Assembly: GCF_006345805.1 (NCBI RefSeq)
Contig: NC_042997.1
Span: forward strand, 25,606,001-25,670,000
Direction: 5' to 3'
From: Octopus sinensis
Taxonomy: Eukaryota
Length of the DNA stretch: 64,000 bases
Shown: in pieces, positions 11,211-23,460 of the stretch
How positions within the stretch are numbered: position 1 is the stretch's first letter
Layout of the letters: the number at the start of each line of letters is the position of its first letter
Notes under the pieces: generated by a model
Told to the model about the DNA's origin: nothing
Database searches by the model: none
Seen by the model: the letters and a program-made list of their open reading frames with translations, nothing else
Program-made: the position numbers and the translations under genes

Positions 11211-13224
11211 GTATGTTTGAACAACATGTTCGTTGTTGTTCGGCACTTGGTTTGAAAAACTTTTTCAACGGCCATGGGACACGATCCAATGATCCTTACT
11301 GCTATCTCAATTTCCTTTTCTCTACTATCGATCTCTTTTTGAGCCTCTGTCTAGTGCCCAGTTTGTTCTTAACACATAGTTCTCTCTTGATCAAACAGCT
11401 TAATTTTAATAACCTGTGACACGACCGCCAAACACCGGATATTGTTTGGAATTTGATTAACGGACAGAATAAGTCCCTCCTTCCATTTCAAACTATTGCT
11501 TCCACATAATGGTTAAGTTTGCTCCGCACTTAAGCAAGTCCCTAGCACTGAAAGGAATAACTAACAAAAGAAAGAAGCGCCAACAGGCACGACAAACGGA
11601 CAGACTTGAAAATTTGATTGAAAGTTGTATTCGCTAGAAACTATGGCAAATATTTAAGTGACGGTTAGATTTTTTTTTTTTTTTTATGTATGAGATAGTG
11701 GGTGAGTGAAGTTTAACTTGTCAATTAACTTATTTGTTTTTCGTTATTACTGTAATTTTATTGTTCTCTTAATTATTGTTGTTTGCATTTTGCTTCTATT
11801 ATTGAAATGGTTGAGTTTGTTGTTGATCTTAGTTATTTTTTTTTAATGGTAACTGCTTAGCAAATAGTATCAGAAATCAATGGAAGAATTCTCTACTAAA
11901 TAGAAAAATAAAAAACAGAACAAAAAAGACAAACAAACCAAAAAGGACAAATACAAAAATATTAGCTGCATGGATAACCGCTTGAAATCAAATAACAACA
12001 AGAATATAAAATGACATTTAAGAGGCAATGGTAATTTTAATGTCTCAGTTCTTAGTAATTACAATTGTTGAACGTTTGTTTATTGGGTATTAGGCCAAAT
12101 TTATATAGTAGGAATGAATTGCTTTACATTTATACGTATGCTTATAGATATTGTGGTTTTAACATCTACATTTTTTTTATTAGTCGATGATAATTTGTAT
12201 GAAATACAGGAGCGATAAATATTTAATTGGCTATAGAATTGTGAAAAACACCAGTATTAAAACAATAAGTACCACTGTATTCTATAAAAATTACTGGAAA
12301 TCAACGAACGCGTCCCAGACAGACAGGTTCCTGTTGATATATAAAATATACATAAAGCTGTTTGTCTTCTATATCATATATTATTTCACTCACACATGTT
12401 ATTGTTTCGGTATACGTCTTTCATGGAGATCTTTCCCCCCATTTTTTGAACGCTAAAACCAATGAAGTTAATGGTAGATTCTATACTTGCTTCCGTTGGA
12501 ACTCTTAGTAATAATATTTCTTAGAAATAAGTGTTAGTGGCAATGAGTTTCATTTCAGAATATCCGTAAAATTACATTTCTTCCAGCCGACGATTCTGTC
12601 GGCTGGTAAATGCGTTACAGGCTCGAACATGTAGCTTAAATTTAAAGTTCCGGTTCTTTGCAATCTGCTTATAAATCCCTCTAACATCAACTTTGCTTTC
12701 ATCATTCTGTGGTTGATAAATAAAGTGCAGTTCAACATGTGAGAACAATTATTCTCTTTCACTCATCTGTCTTAGTCTTTAGGAATCGGTTAACTGCATT
12801 GTGGGAAATTCGTGGGAAACATACATAGTGAACCTTGCTACTAAGTATTGGAGGACGTCTAAATAAAAGGGTAGTGACATATTCGTGAATATCACGATAC
12901 TGAAACTTGTGATAACGCGATATAGAGATAGCATGATATAGTAATAGCACGATAGGGAACAAGCACAGTGTATAACAAGCACGATATACAAAACAGTTAT
13001 TTTCGTTCTTTTTTTAAATTTTCTATTAAGCATTCTTATCTCTATATGCTCTATCGATTCGGTCGTTGATTGCTGGATTTCTCCAGTTACGCTTTACATA
13101 GTACGGATAGCAAGGAGTGAGGGTTAAAAGATCAAATGCCGTCTTTTATAATATTAAAAGTATTCTACTTATACAGCAGTAGTTCTTTAGGTTCCTTTTT
13201 AATATATCTTTATTAAGAAACATA

Positions 13225-13740
13225 TATCATGGGTCCAGCAGACAGAGGTAGAAAAGGCGTTGCCCCGAAGAAGGATGAGGGAGATGCAGTGGAACAGCCA
13301 CTGACTCACTAGTCTCGCACTTGCAGACTGCCATCTCCACCACGAGATCAATCAGCGGGCCCCAAGAACTTCAGAGTTCTCCACTGCCACAAGCCTGGTT
13401 ATAAATCCGCCGAGAGCAACCGATATCTTGACAGTTTGCTTTTATCAGTTGGAGAAGGTGTCACAGCATGTGGCATCCCAGATGAGTAGGTATACCAACA
13501 GGGACGGGAAAATTGTCATACCATCTAGCTTTTTAAGGTCCTTTCGCTCTAGGACCGCTGGCTCGAAATAGGAAGGGAAGCATGCGGCGTGTAGTCCATG
13601 CTTTATGATCTTGTTAAGGGTGACACGGCATGGATGGCGTCCACCACTCTGACGGCATGACAGTGGGTGGAGGCCGAAATCATCCACTATTGATCCGCAG
13701 CGGCAGTCATGAACCTCACAGATCTGAAGTTCAAAATATG
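13225..13740 (-). mobile_element. CRE-clade non-LTR retrotransposon, restriction-like endonuclease fragment
   Basis: GLHPLSCRQSGGRHP..LNKIIKHGL..FEPAVLERKDLKKLDGMTIFP..LIWDATCCDTFS, the characteristic CRE/RLE motif order (CCHC remnant, EP..L.R.DGKRPDG, WDATC.DT). Confidence 0.8.
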
Positions 13741-13789
13741 TTTGTTTCGACTAACACGAAAATATTTCACCAAAACAAATTTCCCCAGT

Positions 13790-14090
13790 AATGTTATAAC
13801 CAATCAGAAGTTGATCCTTTACCATGGTGGACAAAGAATGAAAATGTTTGACAAAAAATGACGTCATCAACAAGTCAGTCAACAACCAACCAGAACGCTG
13901 CACTTTGCTAGAACAAAATATTTTGACCAAAACACCCACGAGAAAAACAAAATCCGTCATGAAATTTACGATCAATCAAATCTTGATCCTTTACCGTAAA
14001 AGTGTATGCATAGTCTATAATTTTTACTTTTAACATTTCGAACTCAAACCAGCGACCAACGTGAAGAACCCCATGGATTGGTTAAATCTG
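13790..14090 (+). mobile_element. Possible hAT transposase C-terminal remnant
   Basis: EVDPLPWWTKNEN resembles the DPLxWW motif of the hAT dimerisation domain. ttgatcctttacc recurs at about 13983. Short evidence only. Confidence 0.3.
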
Positions 14091-14139
14091 TTGATAATCA
14101 CTAATACTTTGATCCAGATAATTTCAGTGTTTTTCATTT

Positions 14140-14810
14140 GAGACTAGTATGGTTGTGTTTGTGGAAAGAAAACTCGCGTGTTATCGAGTGTTCCATCAGT
14201 TGGATATGGAGTGGCTGGGTAATAAAAGCTCCATTTAAAACAATGTAGCTGGTAGACCGCATAAGTCGGCGTACGTTTCCTCGTATTGCGGATGGGGAAT
14301 AGACTATTCAGCAGACTTTTCGTTCGCTGAGGGACTTTTCACAGTGGGCCCCTTGTATCTGAAAGCTTTCCCTGCAAATTTTCTTACGATTGGCAGTGGT
14401 TGTCTTTTCTTTGAAGTGATGAATACTTAGGCTCAGGTGTTACCGAAATGTCTATCATCTCATATATTTAGCTTATATCTGCTGAGAGTGTCTGTAACAG
14501 ACGCCAACTACCTGTTGATATCTAGGATCTTAAGGAACTTCATGGTTTAGTGAATCTGCTAGCATTGTCACTATATCTGTCATGGTTACGGGCAATCTCA
14601 CTTTGTATGTAACCAGTTTGGGCAGAAGTGAATAAACAAGTACTGGATGGTTGCTTTTCGGATGAGTACCGTGTCGATAATTCGGATGAGTACCGTGTCG
14701 ATAATACTTAATCGGAAGTCGCCTAGGGAGAATGAATTATAATTGTCAAATATTTTGATTGTGAAATCGATATGTGCTGGGAAGGTCATTGAAGTTCTTC
14801 AGTGTTGTGG
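14140..14810 (-). mobile_element. Penelope-like element RT/linker/GIY-YIG remnant
   Basis: AHIDFTIKIFDNYNSFSL..DTVLIRKATIQYL.HF.P..LHTK resembles Penelope RT (HPxIKFTxE..N.LPFLD..VYRKPT..YLHF.S.HP). Heavily decayed; 24-bp tandem duplication at 14657-14704. Confidence 0.65.
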
Positions 14811-15139
14811 TAGCCTACTCGAAAATGTGAGTGTAAGACCCGCATTTATATACCCGATAAAAAGGTGCATGGACCACATTTAGTGAGTGATCTGCGGTCC
14901 AGACGGTCGAAGTGTGTGTGCGTATGTATGTGTGTGTGTGTGTGTGTGTGTGCGTGTTTGTTTGTGTAAGTGTGTGTGTGCATTTGTGCTTAACCATGTA
15001 TGTTTTGGGAGCGTATTTCTCTGCTTATCTCTTTCCTACCGCTTTAATGCATCTCTTTATATTTTTAAATGTCGTTTTTTGTTTTTCTTATATATATCAT
15101 TAATCGTTCAATTTATTTTCCTCTGTCTTACATCACGCT

Positions 15140-15180
<41 letters not shown>

Positions 15181-16425
15181 CTATCTATTTCAAACTCCCT
15201 CTTTTCTTTATTTACTTTCAGTTACACAGATATATAGACACCAACACAGAAGTATATTGGTGAACTATTCATCTTATAAAATCGAGCACACATATACATA
15301 CAGTCAAATCCAAATTTCCGTATTTACACGCATAATGGTGTTTGCAATTTCCTTCAATTTCGCAGAATCGCATAAATGCACCCAGTAAAAATTGCAAATA
15401 CACATACATTGATTGTACAGCAACTATATATATTGAAACACAGTAACCCTCAAATACACACATACTACACAAGCACTACTTTTATTTAAAGTTATACACT
15501 ATCTATATAACATGAGCATGTACATGTGTATATATGTGCGCACGTACACAAATTATGGGATATATTCACACAGTCAAAATAATATTTATTACTACATATA
15601 TACCCACTCCGTCGTAAACATACATTCATACACACAAAATCACTGAAACACGCACGTGCGCGCGTACACAAGCACTGAAACTCACACACATACACACCTC
15701 AGCAATTGTCCCTTATAGCTCTGCAACTAGATTCTAACTGCGTTAGAATATGCATCACTGCAACACCTGCCCTCAGGCCACTATTTCTATGCAGATATGC
15801 TGTTTCATACACCTGTGCACATCTGTGCACACTCGACTGAACATTCATTCAAGCGATCAGCCAATTTTATGAAGGAGTTCAGAATCTAACAAAGCAACGG
15901 CGCTAGCTTTAGGAGGAGGGAAGCGGATTTTTTTTCTTGCAGATTCTTGTAGAATATTTAAAAAAACCTAGTAATAGCTGGGTAAAATAGAAATATCTGA
16001 CGGTTCGTTTTGTTGCTATAGTTGCTTTATATATATTTTTTTACTTGTATTTGCTATGCAAAAAGAGCCGATGTAGTGACGAGTAGAAATCCAAAAAAAA
16101 AAAATACAAAAAAATAAATTTAAAAAAAACACATTAAATATACAGAAAAAAACAAACAAACAAACACGTCAATCCTTAATTTATGATCCATTTCGAAGAC
16201 CAAAACAGAGACAAAAATGAATGAATAAAGAAAGAAATAGATATGATAAAAGAAATAAGATGAAAATAAGGAAACTGAAATACTGCATGCGAACAACGAA
16301 ACAAACATCAACAAACAAAATAAAAGTCAACGTGTGTTTTTTTAATGTTTTTTGAAAGTAAAGAGAGCATCTGTTTCTTTATGATGTCAGTCTCAGGAAC
16401 ATCGTATGTGATTCGCTGAGCTTAC

Positions 16426-16447
16426 CTTCATACATGTTTGAATTGTT
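16426..16447 (-). CDS. Candidate 22-nt micro-exon
   Basis: On the minus strand: ctactaccttacag|AACAATTCAAACATGTATGAAG|gtaagc; strong splice signals. Confidence 0.25.
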
Positions 16448-16999
16448 CTGTAAGGTAGTAGACTGGTTATACACTTTTATAGTTGGATGTATTTCAATGA
16501 TATGTTATATGTTTCGTACATTTACTGATGCTGAACACATTTAAGTTAAGTGTGTGCTACTAAGCTGAAATGCGGAAAATACAAATATGACGGCTTCGCT
16601 GATAAAGAAAACGAAAACACACTGATTAGCAAAGAGAGTTAAGTTATATTTGTGATTTTATAGAAATCGATAAAGTCTTCTCACCAACATTTAAAAATAT
16701 AGCGGCTAGTTTATATGAAATGGTAGAAAATATATCCAGCGATTTAAATATAGGACGATACCTAATGATATTTCATAATGTGTGCTACACATGCATATGG
16801 AACCAAACGCATGTACGTCCACCGACACTGCAATATATAATACCGAATGTACGTGAACACATACACATATACACATACGCACGCATCGCATACACACAAA
16901 CACACATGCACACACACATATGTATGTGTGTGAGTATATATATATATATAAAGTTAATCCAAAAAAGAAAGCACAAGAAGACACAACAACGCGAGGACG

Positions 17000-17105
17000 T
17001 GGAACAAATATAGTATTATTGGACGCTCAGGAAAGAAGGAAAGAAGGAGGGTTTAACGTTTCGAGCGGAGCTCTTCGTCGGAAACATAGGAGACGGAAAG
17101 ATCCA
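17000..17105 (-). ncRNA. Minimal hammerhead-ribozyme-like motif within a probable Penelope-associated repeat
   Basis: Minus strand GTTT-CCGACGA-A-GAGC(TCC)GCTC-GAAA-CG-TT-AAAC (17051-17085). Stem I 4 bp, stem II 4 bp, palindromic AACGTT in place of stem III, U4 replaced by C. Confidence 0.5.
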
Positions 17106-17234
17106 TATATATATCCAAATCCAGCATACGTACTTAGAATGGGATGCGATCTCAAGTCGAGTATGTATACGCATGAGATTCGCATACAGATACACACAAA
17201 CACACATCCATGCATACTTATTTATATGTGTATG

Positions 17235-17293
<59 letters not shown>

Positions 17294-17503
17294 ATCTGTG
17301 TGTTTGTGCATATATTCAACACACCCTTGTATACAAACTCACACAGCACGAGTGATCAGTGCACGCATGTAAACATTTTTTCCATCCGTTTATACCCATT
17401 AAAACTAAAGCATTCATGTTAACGCATTCGGAATCTATACTTTATCTATACATACATACATACATACATACATACATACAACAACACATAGTTATTTCTA
17501 CAG

Positions 17504-17584
17504 AAGCAGGAATATAACTGTAAACTATCGAAGCCATCTACTACTGATGCAGCACAATCAACTACAGACACAATTGCATATGGC
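17504..17584 (+). CDS. Possible symmetric (81-nt) cassette exon
   Basis: gttatttctacag|AAGC...TATGGC|gtgagg; open in the phase that would join 11210 to 20118. Donor moderate. Confidence 0.2.
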
Positions 17585-18337
17585 GTGAGGCAAACTTATT
17601 AAGGAGAGAACAGGAAACATTTGGTAAAGCTAATGAAGGTCTTCCGAAAAGAAAATGATGCAGGGTTCATCGTACTACTTTGCATATGATGCTTGTTTAT
17701 GTGAGAAGATATCACTCGGGGAAATGCTTAAAACAGTGGAAATTACTTAGTCGTGTGCATTTCAATGGAAATGTTGCTAAAAGGAAGCTGTGAAAAATTA
17801 GATATGGAGAGTAAGTACATGTGTACAATATACGAGAAAAACATTTCTACGCTGACATGCAATAAGTTCTCGTAAACGTGCGCAAAATCGACAGTATTAA
17901 TTAATTTCCTCCTACCGCAAACATATCGTAAGCAACGCGCACAAATCTACTCGTTGCCTCCCTTCCGTCAACTCATAATGTGGACGATCCTGTCTGCGGT
18001 ATCGCTTATCACTATCCCACTGAACTCCTCGCCAGGATCTCTTAAATTTGTTGTTACAAAACGTTCTGTCATGGCATTAGCATTTAGAAAAAACAAACAT
18101 GCATAGTATGAAACTTTTCAAATAATTCTCATTTTATTTAGGAAGCTCTGAAAGTCTTTTTAATTCGAACGCCCAGTTAGTACACAATATTAGCCTCCCA
18201 CGGTGACTGCTTCTAATCTTTTAATAAATTACTACATCGTCAACAGGATAAGATACTAAGAGACAAGACACTCTTTCTCCCAAGCTTTTAACGGAAGATT
18301 ACTTCAATTTGGGCAAGCTACCAAAATGATTGCTCAC

Positions 18338-18481
18338 TTTAGGGAGACAGGGAAAGCTGTCGCAACAAAATAGTGTGGGAAATCGCGAAATGTTAAATAC
18401 AAAGCATCATAAATATCATCATCTGTACCTTTAATCTGCATGTCTACTGCATGTAGAACCCTGCATTCCATGCACCAGAAT
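18338..18481 (-). CDS. Candidate internal coding exon (unidentified product)
   Basis: On the minus strand: catcttcatag|ATTCTGG...CCCTAAA|gtgagc. Lies within the 99-aa ORF 18334-18633: FWCMECRVLHAVDMQIKGTDDDIYDALYLTFRDFPHYFVATAFPVSL. Confidence 0.3.
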
Positions 18482-19369
18482 CTATGAAGATGACATAAGA
18501 GCTGATTAAAACCCGAACAATCGTACACTTCCGCAAACCTACCACACAAAAGGCAGTTTTCCGACATAGAGGAATATTCAGAAAATAGACAGTTGGACAG
18601 AATGAGGCCCCGAAACGCGGGAAAAAGAAACACAGATCAATTAATCGTTTTAAGGACGATAGAAATAAGTCCTGGGGTCGATGTAACTGACTTGCAGCCT
18701 ACCTCGGAATTTCTGGCCTTGGGCCATAATTAGAAATCAATATAAGCTACAAGTTAATGAATATATGTACCTGTGAGCGTGCGTGTGTGTGTGTGTGCAT
18801 TAGAATAGAATACAAATATTGTTTACATTGTATCATGTACGAGACTGTAACATATGTTATATTGTTGTATTTACAAAGAACAAAAGTTTCTTTACATGAG
18901 AAAACACACACGTTTTCTTGTCTCGATATTTATCTCATTAAGGTTTTGCAAAGAAACAAATATTGTTTCAAATGTATTAAAAAGGTTGTGTCAATATCAT
19001 AGCTTATAGATTTTAATGTTAATTTAAAGATAAAAAAAAACATGTTTACTTTTCAATTTATATCAGATTTTCTTCTCTATCGATTTCTTGGTGATGTGCA
19101 CGCCCATATTGTGGAGACACGGGTTTAATTGTTCATTCAAGTTTCGAGAAGAAACGCACCTTCCAAGTGGCAAGACTTGTACAAGATAATACATAAATAT
19201 ATTACATGTAAAAATGCGAGCAAGAGAAGTAATATTCTTAAAATTATAAACCTGGAAAAGTACAGGACATGTTATTACATTTTGAAAAGTTCAGGACAAC
19301 TTATTACATATGGTAAAGTACAGAATAAGAACATGTTTATTCGCCTTTTTATAACATACCACAGCTGCA

Positions 19370-19690
19370 TGTGAGGGGGTTTACGCAGTCCTTGGTCATA
19401 TTCTCTTCTATTGGTGGTTTTACTCGGAGATATTTGCGAAGTGTTGTATTACTCTTGAATACTGTCCTGATGTCATACGGGCCCCATATCTTTTGTAACT
19501 TTTTGGAGAGGACTTTAACATAGCATAGAGTGTGGACGGATTATAGGTTTCATTCTCTCTTTTCTTCATAATTAGAGTGGAGAGTATGATTTTGGGGTAG
19601 TTGTTGTTTAATAAATTGTTACTTAGGTTGAACATTCTTCATGGTGTGTATCACGATCGCTACTTATTTTCTTTGCTCTAAGTTTTAGGC
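19370..19690 (-). mobile_element. Penelope-like element linker fragment
   Basis: LLNNNYPK...YVKVLSKKLQKIWGPYDIRTVFKSNTTLRKYLRVKPP resembles the Penelope post-RT linker (NGYP..LPYV..LS..I.R....I..VFK....L...L). Confidence 0.7.
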
Positions 19691-19784
19691 ACTGAGCAAT
19701 CCCTCCCTTTACAACAATAGTGGTTTAGAGCGCGGGTTACTAACCCCAAGATTCTGAGTTCAATTCCAGGCAGTGATCTGAATA

Positions 19785-19805
19785 GTAATAATGATGATAA
19801 TGATG

Positions 19806-19862
<57 letters not shown>

Positions 19863-19906
19863 TTAATAATAATGATAATGATGATGATGATGATGATGAT
19901 GATGAT

Positions 19907-19968
<62 letters not shown>
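19785..19968. repeat. (AAT)n/(GAT)n microsatellite, tail of a short tRNA-like SINE head at about 19715-19785
   Basis: Directly visible; preceded by tagtggtttagagcgcggg..gagttcaattcc (A/B-box-like). Confidence 0.85.
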
Positions 19969-19969
<1 letters not shown>

Positions 19970-20117
19970 TGGTACATCACACGTATTGAGAGGAGCATTG
20001 TCGATGTGAGAATTATTACTACCCATGTATTTTAATTTAACTTAAAAAAAAAATGAACGAACTATTGAGTTTAGTTTAATGGCCTACCAATGTATACTAT
20101 GAGTTTCTTTGCCCTAG

Positions 20118-20367
20118 GAGTCGGGAAGACACTCGGCAAGAAATGGAAGCAAATTTGAAAGAAGAAGAAAAAAGTAATAATAATAATAATAATAATAATG
20201 ATAATAATAATGATAATGATAATAATACGCGGCTGGGCGTGACTGCGGCTGAACGTGTTCTTGGCTGCTCTGACCTGTCAGCAGCTGAAGACACAGAAAC
20301 ACTAATACAATCCAGCAGGATAACTGAAAAAATCACCCAGAAAGACTGGAATATCTACAAATTTTCT
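20118..20367 (+). CDS. Candidate coding exon with poly-Asn tract (unidentified protein)
   Basis: tttctttgccctag|G...TTTTCT|gtgagt. Only one frame is open across all 250 nt: SREDTRQEMEANLKEEEKS(N8)DNNNDNDNNTRLGVTAAERVLGCSDLSAAEDTETLIQSSRITEKITQKDWNIYKFS. Confidence 0.55.
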
Positions 20368-20639
20368 GTGAGTATTTTGAATTTCCCTCAAAATAAGTTA
20401 AGGAACTTATATGTCTACAGATTTGGACATACAAAAGGACACCTCAAAAAATTTAGAAACTTTACTATCTGTAATTTTGTGTGACATTTTGTCTTCTCTT
20501 CTTCCCTGACTAACAGAATATGTAAACATGCCTTTTATTGTAACAACGCAATTAAATGCACGATAAAAATTAAGGAAGTAAGTACTTACTGCACAACTAC
20601 AAAAGCTGTGAACCACAGTAAAACATTTAAAAATAAAAG

Positions 20640-22193
20640 AAAAAATCCTAAAGAAAGACAAAAAGTCAACCATTTGTTATTCATGGATAACCTCAAATTT
20701 TATGGTAAAGATAAAGCCCAAGTCAGTTCCGTCGTTGATACGGTGTATACCTTTAGTGCTGATATCAGAATATAGTTCGGAGTGAGAAAACGTGGTGTGC
20801 TAGTCTTGAAGAGAGGCAAAATCAAATGTATGGTCGGGCTAACGATACCGTCGGGAGAGGTTATGAAGCAGATAGAAGAGACTGGCTATAAGCACTTGGG
20901 AATTTGGGGAATGGATAAATTGATGGAGAAAGAAATGACAGAAAAATTTAAGGTGGAGTACTTGCGCAGACTGAGACTGGTCCTTAAGTCGAAATTAAAT
21001 GGACGGAATATGATCGAAGCTATCAACACCTGGGTGGTTTCAGTTCTTAGATATGGAGCAAGGGTAATCGCATGGACAGTAGACGTACTAAATAGCTTAG
21101 ACAGAAAGTAAAGGATGTTGCTAACTAGATTATGGGTCACTCCACACCAAAAGTGACACAGACAGACTTTATGTATCAAGAGGGGAAGAGGATTGATTGG
21201 ATGCGAACACATCATTAGAGCAGAATAAAGCATAGCATGGTATGTAAAAATGTCACAAAAGCGGTATTATTAGAATTAAGAAGATCAGGTCTCTGTAGTA
21301 TGAAAGATTGCAAAGATAAAGCACTATACAAGAAATTTAAAACGAATGAAACTGAAAATAGGTGGGTAAAGAAAAGAATGAATGGTCAATTTCATACGAA
21401 TGTTAAAGATAAGACAGACAGAGAAAAAAGATGACTGTGGATGAATAAAAGTGATTTAAAACCGGAAAAGGAGGCTCTAATCTGTGCTGCCCAAGAGCAA
21501 GCACTAAGAACAAACTACATAAAATATAGAATAGACAACACATCAGAAAGTGATACGTGCAGAATCTGTGGACAAAACGGGGAAGCCGTATGGCATATTA
21601 ACAGCCAATGTACGCCACTAGCCCAGAAGTAATATAAGAGACGCCACGACAATATCGCCAGGCTTGTCCATTGGAAACTCTGCAACAAGTATGAACATGA
21701 CAGAGTCAAGAATTGGCACGACCACAAACCTGAAGTCATCGTGGAAAATAGAAATGCAAAGATCCTATGGGATTTTATGATTCAGTGCAACCATGAGATA
21801 GAGACAGGAAGCCGGACATAGTCTTAATTGAGAAAAAATACAAACTATGCCGGTTCATAAATATAGCATGCCCAGCTGACAACAAGGTATTCGATAAGAA
21901 AGAAAAGTCGACAGATATTATAAGTTATCTTGAGAGATTAAGCAGTTGTGGTCGATGAAAAATGTAGCAGTAGTATCAGTAATTGTCGGAGGCCTGGGAA
22001 AAGTGAGCAAAAATTTCGAGAAGTACGTGAAAAAATAGAGGCTGTAATAAGGTGGAGCACTTACAGAAAACAGCACTTCTTGGAACCGCTCGAATACTCC
22101 GGTTGGTGATCGAAAAATAAGAGGTGTTACCTTAGTTCACTGGTAGTAAACAGCTGACACTGTAGTACATCAGCGTTAGAAGCTGTGCAAAGG
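20640..22193 (+). mobile_element. R4/Dong-clade non-LTR retrotransposon, 5'-truncated pseudogene
   Basis: NHLLFMDNLKFYGK (RT5), YKHLGI, KSKLNGRNMIEAINTW..SVLRYG, ALICAAQEQALRTNY, CCHC finger CRICGQNGEAVWHINSQC, RHDNIARLVHW and an RLE region (KILWDFMIQ..KPDIV..IACP). The 3' end abuts (TAA)n. Confidence 0.92.
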
Positions 22194-22213
22194 TAATAAT
22201 AATAATAATAATA

Positions 22214-22263
<50 letters not shown>

Positions 22264-22275
22264 TAATAATAATAA
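22194..22275. repeat. (TAA)n microsatellite
   Basis: Directly visible. Confidence 0.95.
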
Positions 22276-22276
22276 A

Positions 22277-22830
22277 TGCCCTGATGTAGTATCAGGCAGT
22301 GGCTCCCATGGCTTCTAATCTTAACTGACTGGAAGTGTTATCATCTACATTGTTTTATCTTGGTAAAAAGATGGCCTACAGCAAATATTCTGCTCAGTAC
22401 TTCAGATTTGCTTGTCTGTTGTTTGACCTTCACCAGTTGAGCATGTCCCTTAGTGGCTGATAATATATGCATCTCTGATCACGAGCAGAAGGAGTGGGGA
22501 GCATCATAGCAGTGTGTTGAGAGGAATTCTTTGGGGCTTGAAAAATTCACCTTTGTAAACATGGGTCTTTCGTTCAACATCTTTAAACAACCCTTATTCA
22601 GGGACCTTTTGCGCAGGATGGGCTACTCGACCTGAAAGAAATTTTAATTGGGCCCCACCTGCAAGGTCATACGCTGTTTATCTTGATATGAGATCACCAT
22701 ATCGCGCACATGTAGTTAAGATGCATGTGCCTGGTGTACCCTTATCAGACGGGTAGTCACGATGGGTGTATTAGGCTTCGTATATTTTACCCCAATGTCA
22801 CTTTGATGGCATGAACTTCTCTCTCACTCA
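22277..22830 (+). mobile_element. Non-coding interspersed element embedded between two (AAT)n tracts
   Basis: About 550 bp of complex, higher-GC sequence with no ORF and sharp boundaries at AAT repeats on both sides. Its status as a repeat family is inferred, since there is a single copy in the window. Confidence 0.5.
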
Positions 22831-22860
22831 ATAACAACAACAGCAATAATAATAATAATG

Positions 22861-22915
<55 letters not shown>

Positions 22916-22929
22916 TAGAAATTTCCCGA

Positions 22930-23020
22930 AGATTCCTGATGAAGGCTGGAGGGTATATCAGCCAAAGCGTTGTGTTAACAACAAGCAAGATGAGGACAAA
23001 TATCCGTCAAATGTAAATAA
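22930..23020 (+). other. Degenerate hammerhead-like motif (Penelope-type terminal repeat remnant)
   Basis: CTGATGA-A-GGCTG(gagggtatat)CAGCC-AAAG-CGTT at 22936-22971. The GAAA core is mutated and there is no clear stem I. Confidence 0.35.
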
Positions 23021-23460
23021 TATATCATTATTAATAATGATATTCCTTCATTTATCCTTGTTACTAACTAAAAATCTAGGCCATAATATTTGGGTCGAAA
23101 ACTGTTGGTCGCATGGTATCTAGTACTTGACTGTTACTTATTTTGATCTACCTTGAATGTAGAAAAATTAGTTTGACTACAGCAGGATTTGAACACAGAA
23201 TGTAAATATCTAGAACATTGAACATAATTTTTTTGTCCGACATCTTATCCATATTACAACGCCATCAGTACAATAAATGTAATTCATATTGAATATTATT
23301 TGATATTCTAAGTAGTATAAGAAACAATGCAGATTAAAACAAATCTGGATGACATAATATCGCAATTTCCTCTCTTGAATTATTCAAGCATACATCTAGG
23401 AAACAATCACAATATTGCATATATGTTCATATATGAAAATATACTGTTAGTTCGATAGTA

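Noticed and set aside
11414-11548. Minus-strand exon-like segment with LLKCGANL (ankyrin-like)
   Set aside because: Stops in all frames and a weak donor.
19760-20026. Poly-Ile/Met ORFs
   Set aside because: AAT/GAT microsatellite.
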